Source: an uncultured virus (IMG/VR IMGVR_UViG_3300021599_001487) (Duplodnaviria > Heunggongvirae > Uroviricota > Caudoviricetes). From it: a stretch of DNA of 64,000 nt. A program made the translations under genes and the position numbers. The notes below the pieces were generated by a model. The model worked only from the letters and a program-made list of their open reading frames with translations, had not been told where the DNA came from and ran no database searches. This document shows positions 10,450 through 19,620 of the stretch, one piece after another (positions within the stretch are counted from its first letter, which is position 1; every line of letters starts with the position of its first letter). Location: the IMG/VR virus record IMGVR_UViG_3300021599_001487, one strand, 5' to 3'.

Positions 10450-11067
10450 ATGCCAGCATACGTAATGACCTATGATTCGCTGGTCGAGGACGTGATACGC
10501 TACTCAGAGCGTGACGATACCTCATTCGTGCAGCAGATCCCTCGCCTTATTGCAATGGCGGAGCAGGAGATCGCGGCACAGATTAAGACGCTGTGGGAGC
10601 TGAACGTGGTCACGACCACGCTGGTGCCAGCGACTGGCACCCTATTGAAACCCACGCGTTGGCGAAAGACTGTCTCGATGAAAATTAACGGGGAGCCGGT
10701 ACTGCACAGATCGCAGGACTACGTTGCCCAGGTTCAGGTAGAATTTTCACAAGGAGAACCAAAGTATTATGCAGATTATGACTACAATAACTGGGCTCTT
10801 GGCCCAATTCCGGACAGCGGCTACACGGTTGAAATCATTTACTACAGCCTTGTACAACCGCTTGATTCAACAAATCAGCAAAACCTTATCACGCAAGTAG
10901 CGCCGCAGGCGTTGCTGTTTGGGACCTTGTTGCAGGCCCAGGGTTACCTAAAGTCTCCAGACAAGCTCCAGCTGTGGAAGGGGATGTACGACAATGCAAT
11001 GCAGGCCCTGAAGGCAGAAAACGCCAGCCGAAACATTGACCGCAACACCAACGTGATGGAGCCGTAA
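10450..11067 (+). CDS. Putative tail adaptor/tubular protein
   Basis: MTYDSL..., G.PKYYA, GPIPD..Y.VE..YY and AP.ALL.G.L motifs; position in the structural operon. Confidence 0.5.
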   Translation: MPAYVMTYDSLVEDVIRYSERDDTSFVQQIPRLIAMAEQEIAAQIKTLWELNVVTTTLVPATGTLLKPTRWRKTVSMKINGEPVLHRSQDYVAQVQVEFSQGEPKYYADYDYNNWALGPIPDSGYTVEIIYYSLVQPLDSTNQQNLITQVAPQALLFGTLLQAQGYLKSPDKLQLWKGMYDNAMQALKAENASRNIDRNTNVMEP

Positions 11068-12339
11068 ATGCCGACGTATGTATCGCCATTTACTGGGGAC
11101 GTTGTACAGCCTACCGACGTAAGCTACCAGTCCCTTACGTTTTCTACCAACCAAGAGCTGTCCTGGCCGGACAGCACAATACCTGGTGGCAGTACCGTGG
11201 TTGCGGCGAGGATCATAGACTGCATCGCAAACGCGCCAGGTCTATCAATTCGCCTGCCGCCGGCCAATCAGATATCTGTCGGAACCGATATTCTTTTTCG
11301 TAACCGAGGACTGGAAGACTTTGTAGTTGAGGACTACACCGGAAGCAACGACGTAACCATAGCCGCTGGAACCGCGCGGTACTTCTACCTGGTAGACAAC
11401 AGCACCGCCGCCGGGGTGTATCGCAACTTTACCTACGGCGCCGGCACCTCAATAGCAGACGCTGCGTCTTTGGTCGGCAGTGGCCTTACGACCATGGCAG
11501 GGAAGTTGGAAACCTCAACGGACGTGGTGGAGGTTTCCGTCGCGCCATCTCTTGATGAAACCAGTCGGGCCCTGGCCTACGTATGGACCAGCGGGGCCGG
11601 TACGTTTAACCTCCCGGACCCCGCAACGATTGAGCCGGGTTGGTTTATCATGGTGAGAAACGGAGGAACCGGCGCGCTTACGATTACGCCGTTTACCGGA
11701 TCTCTGATCGACAACACCAGCACCTCAACGTTTTACCCGTCAGACTCGGCAATCATTGTCTACGACTCCGACACGGATAACTTTTTTACGGTGGGCTTGT
11801 CCCGTCAGACAACCGTGGTCTACACATCGGCCACCTACGACGTAGACTCAATCGTAGGCAACACCATGAGCCTGGTAAGTTTTGCCCCCACAATTCAGAC
11901 CTACGTGGCGTTTACTGGGGCCAGGACTCAGACACTTACGGTGACGCTGCCCGCAATCACTCAGCTGTACGTTATATCGAACACCACAAACCAGCCGGGG
12001 TACAGCGTTGAGTTTCAGGTCTCTGGTAGCATACAGCCCCCAATTCAGTTTGGCGATGGCGTTACCGCCATTTTGTTAAGCGACGGGACAAACCTGACCA
12101 CCATCGCAACGACTACCGTGACCGGTTTATTCCTGGCAAATGACGGCACCGCGCTGGCGCCAACGTTTAGCTTTATCAGCGATACAAACACCGGCTTGTA
12201 CCGGTCGTCGTCTGACGTTCTAAACGTGACCGCCGGCGGCCAAGATATATTTGAGTTTAATGCGTCAAACTTAAGCAGCCTGCAGGTGTCTACGCCGGCA
12301 GAGTTTAACGCTGGCATTATTTCTGGTGGCACGTTCTAA
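11068..12339 (+). CDS. Virion structural protein
   Basis: Beta-rich; C-terminal DGTA.APTFSF.SDTNTGLYR motif typical of tail proteins. Confidence 0.55.
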   Translation: MPTYVSPFTGDVVQPTDVSYQSLTFSTNQELSWPDSTIPGGSTVVAARIIDCIANAPGLSIRLPPANQISVGTDILFRNRGLEDFVVEDYTGSNDVTIAAGTARYFYLVDNSTAAGVYRNFTYGAGTSIADAASLVGSGLTTMAGKLETSTDVVEVSVAPSLDETSRALAYVWTSGAGTFNLPDPATIEPGWFIMVRNGGTGALTITPFTGSLIDNTSTSTFYPSDSAIIVYDSDTDNFFTVGLSRQTTVVYTSATYDVDSIVGNTMSLVSFAPTIQTYVAFTGARTQTLTVTLPAITQLYVISNTTNQPGYSVEFQVSGSIQPPIQFGDGVTAILLSDGTNLTTIATTTVTGLFLANDGTALAPTFSFISDTNTGLYRSSSDVLNVTAGGQDIFEFNASNLSSLQVSTPAEFNAGIISGGTF

Positions 12340-14429
12340 TGGCGCAGCAGTTAGACCAAAACCTTGGAATGATCTACACCCTCGGCGTGCAGCCGGGGAT
12401 AAAACGCGACGGTACAAGCTTTGAGTCAAGAGAGTTTACCGACGGCGTGTGGGCAAGGTTCCAGCGAGGAACACCCCGTAAGACCGGCGGGTACCGTCAG
12501 ATGTTTAGGGATTCCAACGGTATCGCGAGGGGCATGATTGTAAACGCGTACAACGGCCTTAACTATTTGTTTGCCGGCAACGCCACAACGATCGACGCGT
12601 TTACGACCGGCACCACGCTCGGTGCCGGTAACGGTCCTTTCCCCTGTGTCATGAACGTCGGGTATGCTGAGGAGCCAGTTATTGCCACCGGCGTTAATGA
12701 CTTTGACGTAACCGGAGACCAGACCGCAAAGTATCCGATTGGCACAAAGGTAGTCTTTGACCAGACGCCTGGGGCCCAGATCTACACCGTAACCGGATCG
12801 GTATTTGTCGTTAATACAACCGTAACCGTAACGCCGGCCATGCCCGGCACGCCGCCAACCAGCGTATGGCTGGCCGATACGTACTACCAGCCAGATGTTG
12901 ATAACCTGTGGCAGTTTGACATTCAGTACAACCCGCAGGGTGGGGCCCTTGAGGTAATTGCCCACCCAGGTCAAAACTTACTTAACATCGACAGCGGCTT
13001 TCAGACGCAGGTATACGCTGGCGATATTTTACCTGGCCCTGGCAACGTCTGGAATTTCTACGGGCTCTCAGACTCAGAGGGCGGCAACCCCACCTTTGCG
13101 CCAATAACGACCGATGGCGGGGTGTGCGTCCTGTACCCCTTTATTTTTATCTACGGATCTAATGGGTTTATCGCAAACAACCACGTAGATGCCGTATACA
13201 CAGACCAAAACTTTAACGACTGGAACGGGCCACTTGCCAACCGGGTTAACATGACGGCCGGTAAGATCGTAAAGGGCATGCCGGTGCGTGGCGGCACCAA
13301 CTCCCCGTCCGGTCTGTTCTGGGCTACCGATAGCCTTATCCGGGTGTCTTTTACAGGCAACCCGGCGCAGTACTGGAAGTATGACATTGTTTCTAGCCAG
13401 ACCTCCATCATGTCATCGAATTGCGTCGTTGAAAGTGACGGAATTTTTTACTGGATGGGCGTTGACCGTTTCTACCTATACAACGGCTCGGTTCAGGTTC
13501 TCCCCAACGATAAAAACATAAACTGGGTGTACGACAACCTAAACTTTCAACAACGCCAGAAGGTGTGGGCCACTAAGGTGCCCAGATATAACGAGATCTG
13601 GTTTTTTTATCCGCGGGGCTCCGCAACCGAGTGCACCGACGCCATCATCTACAACGTCAAGGACAAGATCTGGTACGACGCGGGCCAGGCCCTTGGCGCT
13701 CGAAGATCGTGCGGGTACACGACGGAGGTCTTCCCCAGCCCGATATGGTTTGGGTGGGAGTACGTCGCGAGCTTCTCCAACCCGTACCAGGTGGCGGCAA
13801 CCCCTGGCGCATCTCCGCCGCCCGGCCCCAACGAGCTGTACCTGGAGGGAGACGTGACGCCAGGGCTCCCGCCAAGTCAAAACTTTCAATTTTCTACCGT
13901 CGTTGGCGCTGATTTTTATACCGTGGTGAGCGTGTTGTATGACCCCGTGTCAAACACGACGTTCCTGGTGGCTAATGAAAATTTTTCAACTTACCCGGCA
14001 ATTGGCGATAACGTATACCCCACCAACAACGGGTACACCATGTGGCAGCACGAGTACGGGGTCGATGAAATCAGCGACAACGGGACCCTGGCCATACAGT
14101 CCAGCATCACGACGTGTGACATCAGCTGGGTGGGCGGCGACCCGTCCCAGGACTCTGGTAAGGGCGTAAACCGCCGCATTCACCTGCGACGGGTCGAGCC
14201 AGACTTTGTACAGTCCGGCAACATGACGCTGCAGGTAATTGGCAGGAAGTTTGCTAGGGGCAACGAAGAGGAGTCCCCGGTCTTTACGTTCGGGCCAAAC
14301 GATGGCAAGGTAGACCTGCGGATTGAGAACCGGGAGAGCCGTATTAAGTTTGAGAGCAACGTCGCCGGTGGAGACTACCAGATGGGCCGCGTGCTGGTCA
14401 CGGCAGAGTACGGGGACGAGCGGCCATGA
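12339..14429 (+). CDS. Putative tail nozzle/DNA stabilisation protein (beta-propeller-like)
   Basis: 696 aa; RF..G.P.K.GG, FYWMG..RFY.YNG and EIWFFYP motifs; position before the internal virion genes. Confidence 0.55.
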   Translation: MAQQLDQNLGMIYTLGVQPGIKRDGTSFESREFTDGVWARFQRGTPRKTGGYRQMFRDSNGIARGMIVNAYNGLNYLFAGNATTIDAFTTGTTLGAGNGPFPCVMNVGYAEEPVIATGVNDFDVTGDQTAKYPIGTKVVFDQTPGAQIYTVTGSVFVVNTTVTVTPAMPGTPPTSVWLADTYYQPDVDNLWQFDIQYNPQGGALEVIAHPGQNLLNIDSGFQTQVYAGDILPGPGNVWNFYGLSDSEGGNPTFAPITTDGGVCVLYPFIFIYGSNGFIANNHVDAVYTDQNFNDWNGPLANRVNMTAGKIVKGMPVRGGTNSPSGLFWATDSLIRVSFTGNPAQYWKYDIVSSQTSIMSSNCVVESDGIFYWMGVDRFYLYNGSVQVLPNDKNINWVYDNLNFQQRQKVWATKVPRYNEIWFFYPRGSATECTDAIIYNVKDKIWYDAGQALGARRSCGYTTEVFPSPIWFGWEYVASFSNPYQVAATPGASPPPGPNELYLEGDVTPGLPPSQNFQFSTVVGADFYTVVSVLYDPVSNTTFLVANENFSTYPAIGDNVYPTNNGYTMWQHEYGVDEISDNGTLAIQSSITTCDISWVGGDPSQDSGKGVNRRIHLRRVEPDFVQSGNMTLQVIGRKFARGNEEESPVFTFGPNDGKVDLRIENRESRIKFESNVAGGDYQMGRVLVTAEYGDERP

Positions 14430-14683
14430 GCGCGCCCATCAACCAAAGCATTCCCTTTATCGCGACCGACAGCACGTGGGAGAGCTGGAACGGGAGCATG
14501 CTGCACTACTTTGGGCAGGAGCCCCTGCCGCGCGTTGATGAGGAGAACTGGCCGGACTTTGCGTTTCAAATGGCCGGGCTCCCGACGTTTATGTCGTACG
14601 GCATACCCAGCCCGGACAACTTCGATAAATGGCAGGACTGGGTCTCGATGGTCGTATCTTTGGTTAACGGGCCGACCGAGTAG
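14426..14683 (+). CDS. Hypothetical Trp-rich protein
   Basis: ATGA overlap with the upstream gene; 85 aa. Confidence 0.6.
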   Translation: MSAPINQSIPFIATDSTWESWNGSMLHYFGQEPLPRVDEENWPDFAFQMAGLPTFMSYGIPSPDNFDKWQDWVSMVVSLVNGPTE

Positions 14684-14732
14684 GGGGTATAATCTTCTCC
14701 GTTTCTGCATTAGTAGATATAGGAGAAGATGA

Positions 14733-15017
14733 ATGAATTTTCTGGATCTGTTTAACCGGCTGGCAAGGCTGGCCAAGCCGGCGGCGGCGAGTGAGCTGGT
14801 CGAGATAACCGACCCACAGGGGCCCCTGAAGGACACGGGAATTGACAGCCTGGACATGCTGATGATCACGGTCTACCTGTGCGAGATCTTTGGCATACCG
14901 GAAGAGGTCGGCAAAAACCTAAAGCCGGCCAGTGTGGCAGAGGTAGAGGCCTTCGTGCAACAGCACAAGACGAGGGACTTTGGTTCGGTAGAAGAGGCAC
15001 TGGCGGCGATAACGTGA
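14733..15017 (+). CDS. acpP: Acyl carrier protein
   Basis: L.DTGIDSLD phosphopantetheine attachment motif, then EIFGIP and SVAEV..FV; 94 aa; RBS AGGAG. Confidence 0.85.
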   Translation: MNFLDLFNRLARLAKPAAASELVEITDPQGPLKDTGIDSLDMLMITVYLCEIFGIPEEVGKNLKPASVAEVEAFVQQHKTRDFGSVEEALAAIT

Positions 15018-16108
15018 TTTGGCTGACCGACTACCGGACGGCCTGCACGGACCAGACGCAGGCGCTAGAGGACCTGCCGTACCCGCAGCGGGTGCACATG
15101 TTCCCCGAGACCTACCGCAGGTCGGAGACGGGCCTGGTCTACCCGCCGCACAAGCTGGCGGATAAGGTGTTGGACCCGCAGCTGGTGGCAGACGTAAGGT
15201 CACGGCCTGGCAAGACGGGGTTCATACTGGCATCGGGCAACAGCCACTTCGCCGGGATGAACGGCAAGGAAAAGAAGACGCAGCTCTGGTACGACTACAA
15301 GATGCTGCCGATGACCCTGACCCAGGTATACGCCGGCCGCATAGCGCAGCAGATGGGGGCACAGGACCTGGTAACGACGGACGCGTCTGCGTGCGCCTCG
15401 TCGTTAAAGGTGATGATGGACGTGTACATCATGATCAACTTCTACGGTTTTAAGCGCGTGGTTGTTTTAAGTTTAGAGGACGCGGTATCAAACAACGTCC
15501 TGCAGTTCTTTGGTGAGTCGGGTGCATGCCTGACGCTAAAGCAAGAAGAAGAGAGCAAAGTTATTCCATCCGCGTTTGACAGTAATAACTTTGGTTTCTA
15601 CGTGGCGCAGGGCGCGGTGCTTGCCGTGTTTGAAAGCGCAGACTCCGGCCACGCTAGATTGGTAAGCGCATACAGCGCGTCTGAGAGCAGCACCAACGCC
15701 ATAGGGCAGCGAGACGATGGCGAGGGTTTTGTGAAGGCCATGCACGGCGCCATGAAGTACGGCAACGTGTCGCCGGGCAACATATCCGTGGTCAAAACCC
15801 ACGGCACCGGCACCAGGTCCAACAACCTGGCAGAGGCCAGGGCGATCAAGAGCGTGCTGAACGATTTTGTAGCAACCTCATTAAAGCCAACAATTGGCCA
15901 CACGATGGGGGCCTCGGGTTTGTTAGAAACCTGTGTACTGCTTGACAGACTAAAACAAACCGGCAAGGTGCCGGCAATTAAAAATAGGACCGAGCACGAC
16001 CCAGTCTTCCTAAGTGAGGACACCCGGCCAAGGAGCGGAATGATCATGAGCTTAGCGGCGGGGATGGGCAACATATACAGTGCCGCAATTTTTGACCCGA
16101 GGGTTTAA
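15014..16108 (+). CDS. Beta-ketoacyl-ACP synthase (FabF/FabB-like)
   Basis: Cys-His-His triad motifs SACASS, KTHGTGT and K.TIGHTMGASG. The GTG start overlaps the ACP stop (GTGA). Confidence 0.9.
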   Translation: MIWLTDYRTACTDQTQALEDLPYPQRVHMFPETYRRSETGLVYPPHKLADKVLDPQLVADVRSRPGKTGFILASGNSHFAGMNGKEKKTQLWYDYKMLPMTLTQVYAGRIAQQMGAQDLVTTDASACASSLKVMMDVYIMINFYGFKRVVVLSLEDAVSNNVLQFFGESGACLTLKQEEESKVIPSAFDSNNFGFYVAQGAVLAVFESADSGHARLVSAYSASESSTNAIGQRDDGEGFVKAMHGAMKYGNVSPGNISVVKTHGTGTRSNNLAEARAIKSVLNDFVATSLKPTIGHTMGASGLLETCVLLDRLKQTGKVPAIKNRTEHDPVFLSEDTRPRSGMIMSLAAGMGNIYSAAIFDPRV

Positions 16109-16575
16109 TGGTTGACTCAAAAATGGAGCAGCTGAGCAACGAGGAGATTGTAGAGATCGCCGCTCAGAACACCGGCTCACAGTACTCACCGGAGCAGGTA
16201 CGCGCCGCCATCATGGCAGAGGTGCGCACCCCCGACACGCTTGCCCTCCAACAGGGCAACACGCTGTTTGTCGTCCACCGGTCCAAGAAGGACCCGTCCG
16301 TGGCCGTGTTTCGCGCGCTAAACGCAGACACCGCACCAAACTACCTAGAGAACAGCTTCGTCTTTACCGAGACCATGCGGTCCATGGGGTTTCGTGCCAT
16401 GGTGTCGACATTCTACGACTCCTCCATCCTGAACATATTCAAGTACATCTCACGCAACCCGCCATTCCCCGGCATGGGCTACCAGGTCAAGAGGACGCAG
16501 GACGGTGGGTTCTTTGTCACCGTAAACCTAGGCTCCGACCAGAACGGGCTGAGCGCCGTTAAGGGAAGTGCATAA
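16108..16575 (+). CDS. Hypothetical protein, possibly a GNAT-like acyltransferase
   Basis: 155 aa alpha/beta pattern, coupled to the KS stop, in the position just before the ejection genes. Confidence 0.4.
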   Translation: MVDSKMEQLSNEEIVEIAAQNTGSQYSPEQVRAAIMAEVRTPDTLALQQGNTLFVVHRSKKDPSVAVFRALNADTAPNYLENSFVFTETMRSMGFRAMVSTFYDSSILNIFKYISRNPPFPGMGYQVKRTQDGGFFVTVNLGSDQNGLSAVKGSA

Positions 16576-18488
16576 TGGCCGCGGTATTTGAAGCAGTCGG
16601 TGACGTAGTAGAGGCCGTCGGTGACGCCGTCGGTGACGTTGTAGAGGTCGCGGCCGATGTCGTTTCGGACGTAGGAGAGGCCGTTGGCAACGTAGTAGAG
16701 AACGCCCTTGAGAACCCGGTGGCGACGATCGCCACCATCGCCGCAATCGCGGCGGCGCCGGCCACGGGAGGGGCATCACTTAACTGGATACCCGCCATCA
16801 ACGCCGCAAACACGCTGGCACAGGGCGGTGACTTTGAGGACGCACTTAAATCGGCGGCGATATCATACGTCGCGCAGGGCGTTGGCAACTACGTCGGCAG
16901 CCAGTTTGGCACCGCTGCGCAGTACGGCACGGACATTGGGTCTCAGCAGACGGCGATGCTTGCCTTGCAGAGCGGGGACATGCTGGGCGGTACGTTCGGT
17001 GGCACGGTGGGCGGAGCCGCTGGTTCTGTTGCGGCCGGCGCAACGGCGGCCGCGCTGTCTGGCGGAGACATTGACCAGGCCATGATCAACGCGCTCGGCA
17101 ACTACGCCGTACGTACCGGTGTTAACTACGGCGTAAACGCCGCGGGCCGGATGGTGGACCAGTTTGGCAACGAGGCCCCGCCCGAAGTACAAAACGAGAT
17201 AGCCTCCAACGCCGAAGACATTCGCTACGAGCTGGACAACATGTACAACCGTAGCCCGGACAACATCCTAACCGACTACGCAGAGGCCCCAGCATTTGAC
17301 CCGTACGAGGTCGACAACGTCGGAAACGTAACGCAGGGCCAGGAGCTTGCCGGCATACCAGAGGTGCCATCAATTGACCCGTTTGAGGTCGACAACGTTG
17401 GCAACCGAAGCGAGGGCCAGGAGCTTACCGGTCAGGGACCCCAGACGGACGTTTCCGGCGCCGCGGGCAAGTACTTCAAAAACCAGTTCACCAACGCCCT
17501 GACGCGCCAAATCATGGGCGGCATGACGCCGGACAGGCCCAGCCCGATGGGTGCAAGGTTTAGAGATCGGCCGATGGCACTGGCCGGCGTACCTGGCGTC
17601 TCAGAGAGCTTGACGGGCCTTGGGTATACCAACATACCAGGTCCCGGCTTTACCATCCAAGACATCGAGCAGGAAGAAAACTTTACCCCGATCGGTCTGT
17701 GGGACCCGGGCATAAGCGAAGACTGGGACACAGACCAGAAGCTTGGCGGTCTGGGGTTTGCCGGAAAGTTTATCAACGAAGAGCAGCCGGACATAGACAT
17801 CGAGGGCGAGGCAGAGATCGACACCGTTCCCGTCTCCTCGCAGGAAACAGGACAGCCGGACATGTCAGACATGACAGACCGCACGGTCGTTGAGCTGTGG
17901 GACCCAGACATAGGACAGGACTGGGGCACCGACGACAAGCTGGGCGGGCTGGGGTTTGCCGGCAGCTTCATCAACCAGGACGATAACTACATCAACGCCC
18001 AGGCAGACGAGCGCCAGAGGATCATGGACGAGGTAAAGCAGCGCGGCTGGATGACGGAGGAGGAGCGCGCCACGCTTGAGCAGGGCTCAGGGTTCTTCAA
18101 CCCAGACGATAGCGACGCGCTGTCTGACGCATCTCCGTGGTACACAACAGAGTACGCGAAAGGTGGACACATTGACCACAACCCGGAGTTCTACTCAGAG
18201 GGAGGCGCCTCACTGGCTAACCGCTACGTCAAAGGTGACGGAGATGGCACCAGCGATAGCGTGCCTGCTATGCTGGCAAGCGGCGAGTTTGTCATCCCTG
18301 CTGATGTTGTGTCTGGCCTTGGAAACGGCGACAACGACGCTGGAGCTAAGGTACTGGATGAGTTTATGGCAGCAATAAGAAACCACAAGAGATCAACCAA
18401 ACCAAGCGAGTTACCACCAGACAGCGAGGGGCCCCTCTCGTATCTTGAGAAAGCAAAGAAGAAGGTAGGAAAAAATGGCCGGTCTTAA
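16575..18488 (+). CDS. Putative internal virion (ejection) protein
   Basis: Amphipathic acidic N-terminus, Gly/Ala-rich hydrophobic region, internal duplications and C-terminal GDGDGTSDSVPAML.SGEFVIPADVV. Confidence 0.6.
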   Translation: MAAVFEAVGDVVEAVGDAVGDVVEVAADVVSDVGEAVGNVVENALENPVATIATIAAIAAAPATGGASLNWIPAINAANTLAQGGDFEDALKSAAISYVAQGVGNYVGSQFGTAAQYGTDIGSQQTAMLALQSGDMLGGTFGGTVGGAAGSVAAGATAAALSGGDIDQAMINALGNYAVRTGVNYGVNAAGRMVDQFGNEAPPEVQNEIASNAEDIRYELDNMYNRSPDNILTDYAEAPAFDPYEVDNVGNVTQGQELAGIPEVPSIDPFEVDNVGNRSEGQELTGQGPQTDVSGAAGKYFKNQFTNALTRQIMGGMTPDRPSPMGARFRDRPMALAGVPGVSESLTGLGYTNIPGPGFTIQDIEQEENFTPIGLWDPGISEDWDTDQKLGGLGFAGKFINEEQPDIDIEGEAEIDTVPVSSQETGQPDMSDMTDRTVVELWDPDIGQDWGTDDKLGGLGFAGSFINQDDNYINAQADERQRIMDEVKQRGWMTEEERATLEQGSGFFNPDDSDALSDASPWYTTEYAKGGHIDHNPEFYSEGGASLANRYVKGDGDGTSDSVPAMLASGEFVIPADVVSGLGNGDNDAGAKVLDEFMAAIRNHKRSTKPSELPPDSEGPLSYLEKAKKKVGKNGRS

Positions 18489-19620
18489 CGATCTAGTCAC
18501 AAACAAAGAAACGTCATCGACGTCGATGCCTGGGTGGTACTCATCCGCCCAGCAGAACCTTGTCAACCAGGCCACTGGCGTAAACGCGCCCGCCCTGGCG
18601 GATACCGCGGCACAGTCCGCGGTCAGTGCGTTCGGCACCGGCAGCCCGTTTACCGCGGGCCAGAACATACTGCAGACCATTGGGAGCGGGGCCGCTAACC
18701 CGTGGCTGGTATCGACGGACGCCACCGGCGCACAGACCGTATCACCAGACGTGTCCACCCCGCTGGGTGGTTTGTTTGCGGCACAGTCCGACTACCTAAA
18801 GCAGATCCTGCCAGACATCCAGGCAGAGGAGACGGCGAAGGCAATCTCAGGCGGCGGCCTTGGGAGCCGCATGAACCTATCAGGCATTACGAGAGAAACC
18901 GGCAAGGCCTATTCAGACCTGGCACAGAAGCAGATGCAGGCCGCGCTGCAGGCACAGCAGTACGGCGTATCGGCAGGTGCCGGCCTTAGCGACATCGGCC
19001 AGGAAATGGTCAAGTCCGCGCTTGAGACTGGCAAGTACCAGCAGAACGAGCCGTACGCCGACTTAGTAAATCTTGTTAACATTCTGGGTGGGATAAAACC
19101 TGAACAAAACGTAACCAAGTCGGTACAGCTCGGCGGTCTAAACCAGGTTATGGGGCTGCTGTCTGGGTTGTCAGGCGGCATGAAATCACTCACCGGCGAC
19201 TACCTGCGAGACGCCAAGGGCAACGTCCTCACCGACCCCAGCGGCAAACCTATCAAAAGCCAGGGCCTACTTGAACAGCTCGGCATCAAGGGAGGGCTTA
19301 CAGCGTTAGGCATAAACAAGCCAAACCAGTCAGCGCTTCCGCCCGTGTCACACACCAGCCCAGAATCCGGCGCCGTCTTTGACTCTGAGTCCGGCCTGAC
19401 ATTTGTCACCGGGGCAGACGGCCAGCAGTACTCAATTGACATCAGCGGTAACTATTACGACTCCAGCGGGAACCTGGTATGGTCCCCCGCCAGCGCATAC
19501 CCAGACGAGTCATACGAGCAGGACAACCTGTACGGCGGTGACACCGGCTCGTTTGTTGACGAGTACCCTAACGATGGCTCAGGCAATTACCAGAGCCCTG
19601 ACTACTCGTTTTGGGAGTAA
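18475..19620 (+). CDS. Putative internal virion (ejection) protein
   Basis: Gln/Gly/Ala-rich helical protein in the ejection-gene position. Confidence 0.55.
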   Translation: MAGLNDLVTNKETSSTSMPGWYSSAQQNLVNQATGVNAPALADTAAQSAVSAFGTGSPFTAGQNILQTIGSGAANPWLVSTDATGAQTVSPDVSTPLGGLFAAQSDYLKQILPDIQAEETAKAISGGGLGSRMNLSGITRETGKAYSDLAQKQMQAALQAQQYGVSAGAGLSDIGQEMVKSALETGKYQQNEPYADLVNLVNILGGIKPEQNVTKSVQLGGLNQVMGLLSGLSGGMKSLTGDYLRDAKGNVLTDPSGKPIKSQGLLEQLGIKGGLTALGINKPNQSALPPVSHTSPESGAVFDSESGLTFVTGADGQQYSIDISGNYYDSSGNLVWSPASAYPDESYEQDNLYGGDTGSFVDEYPNDGSGNYQSPDYSFWE

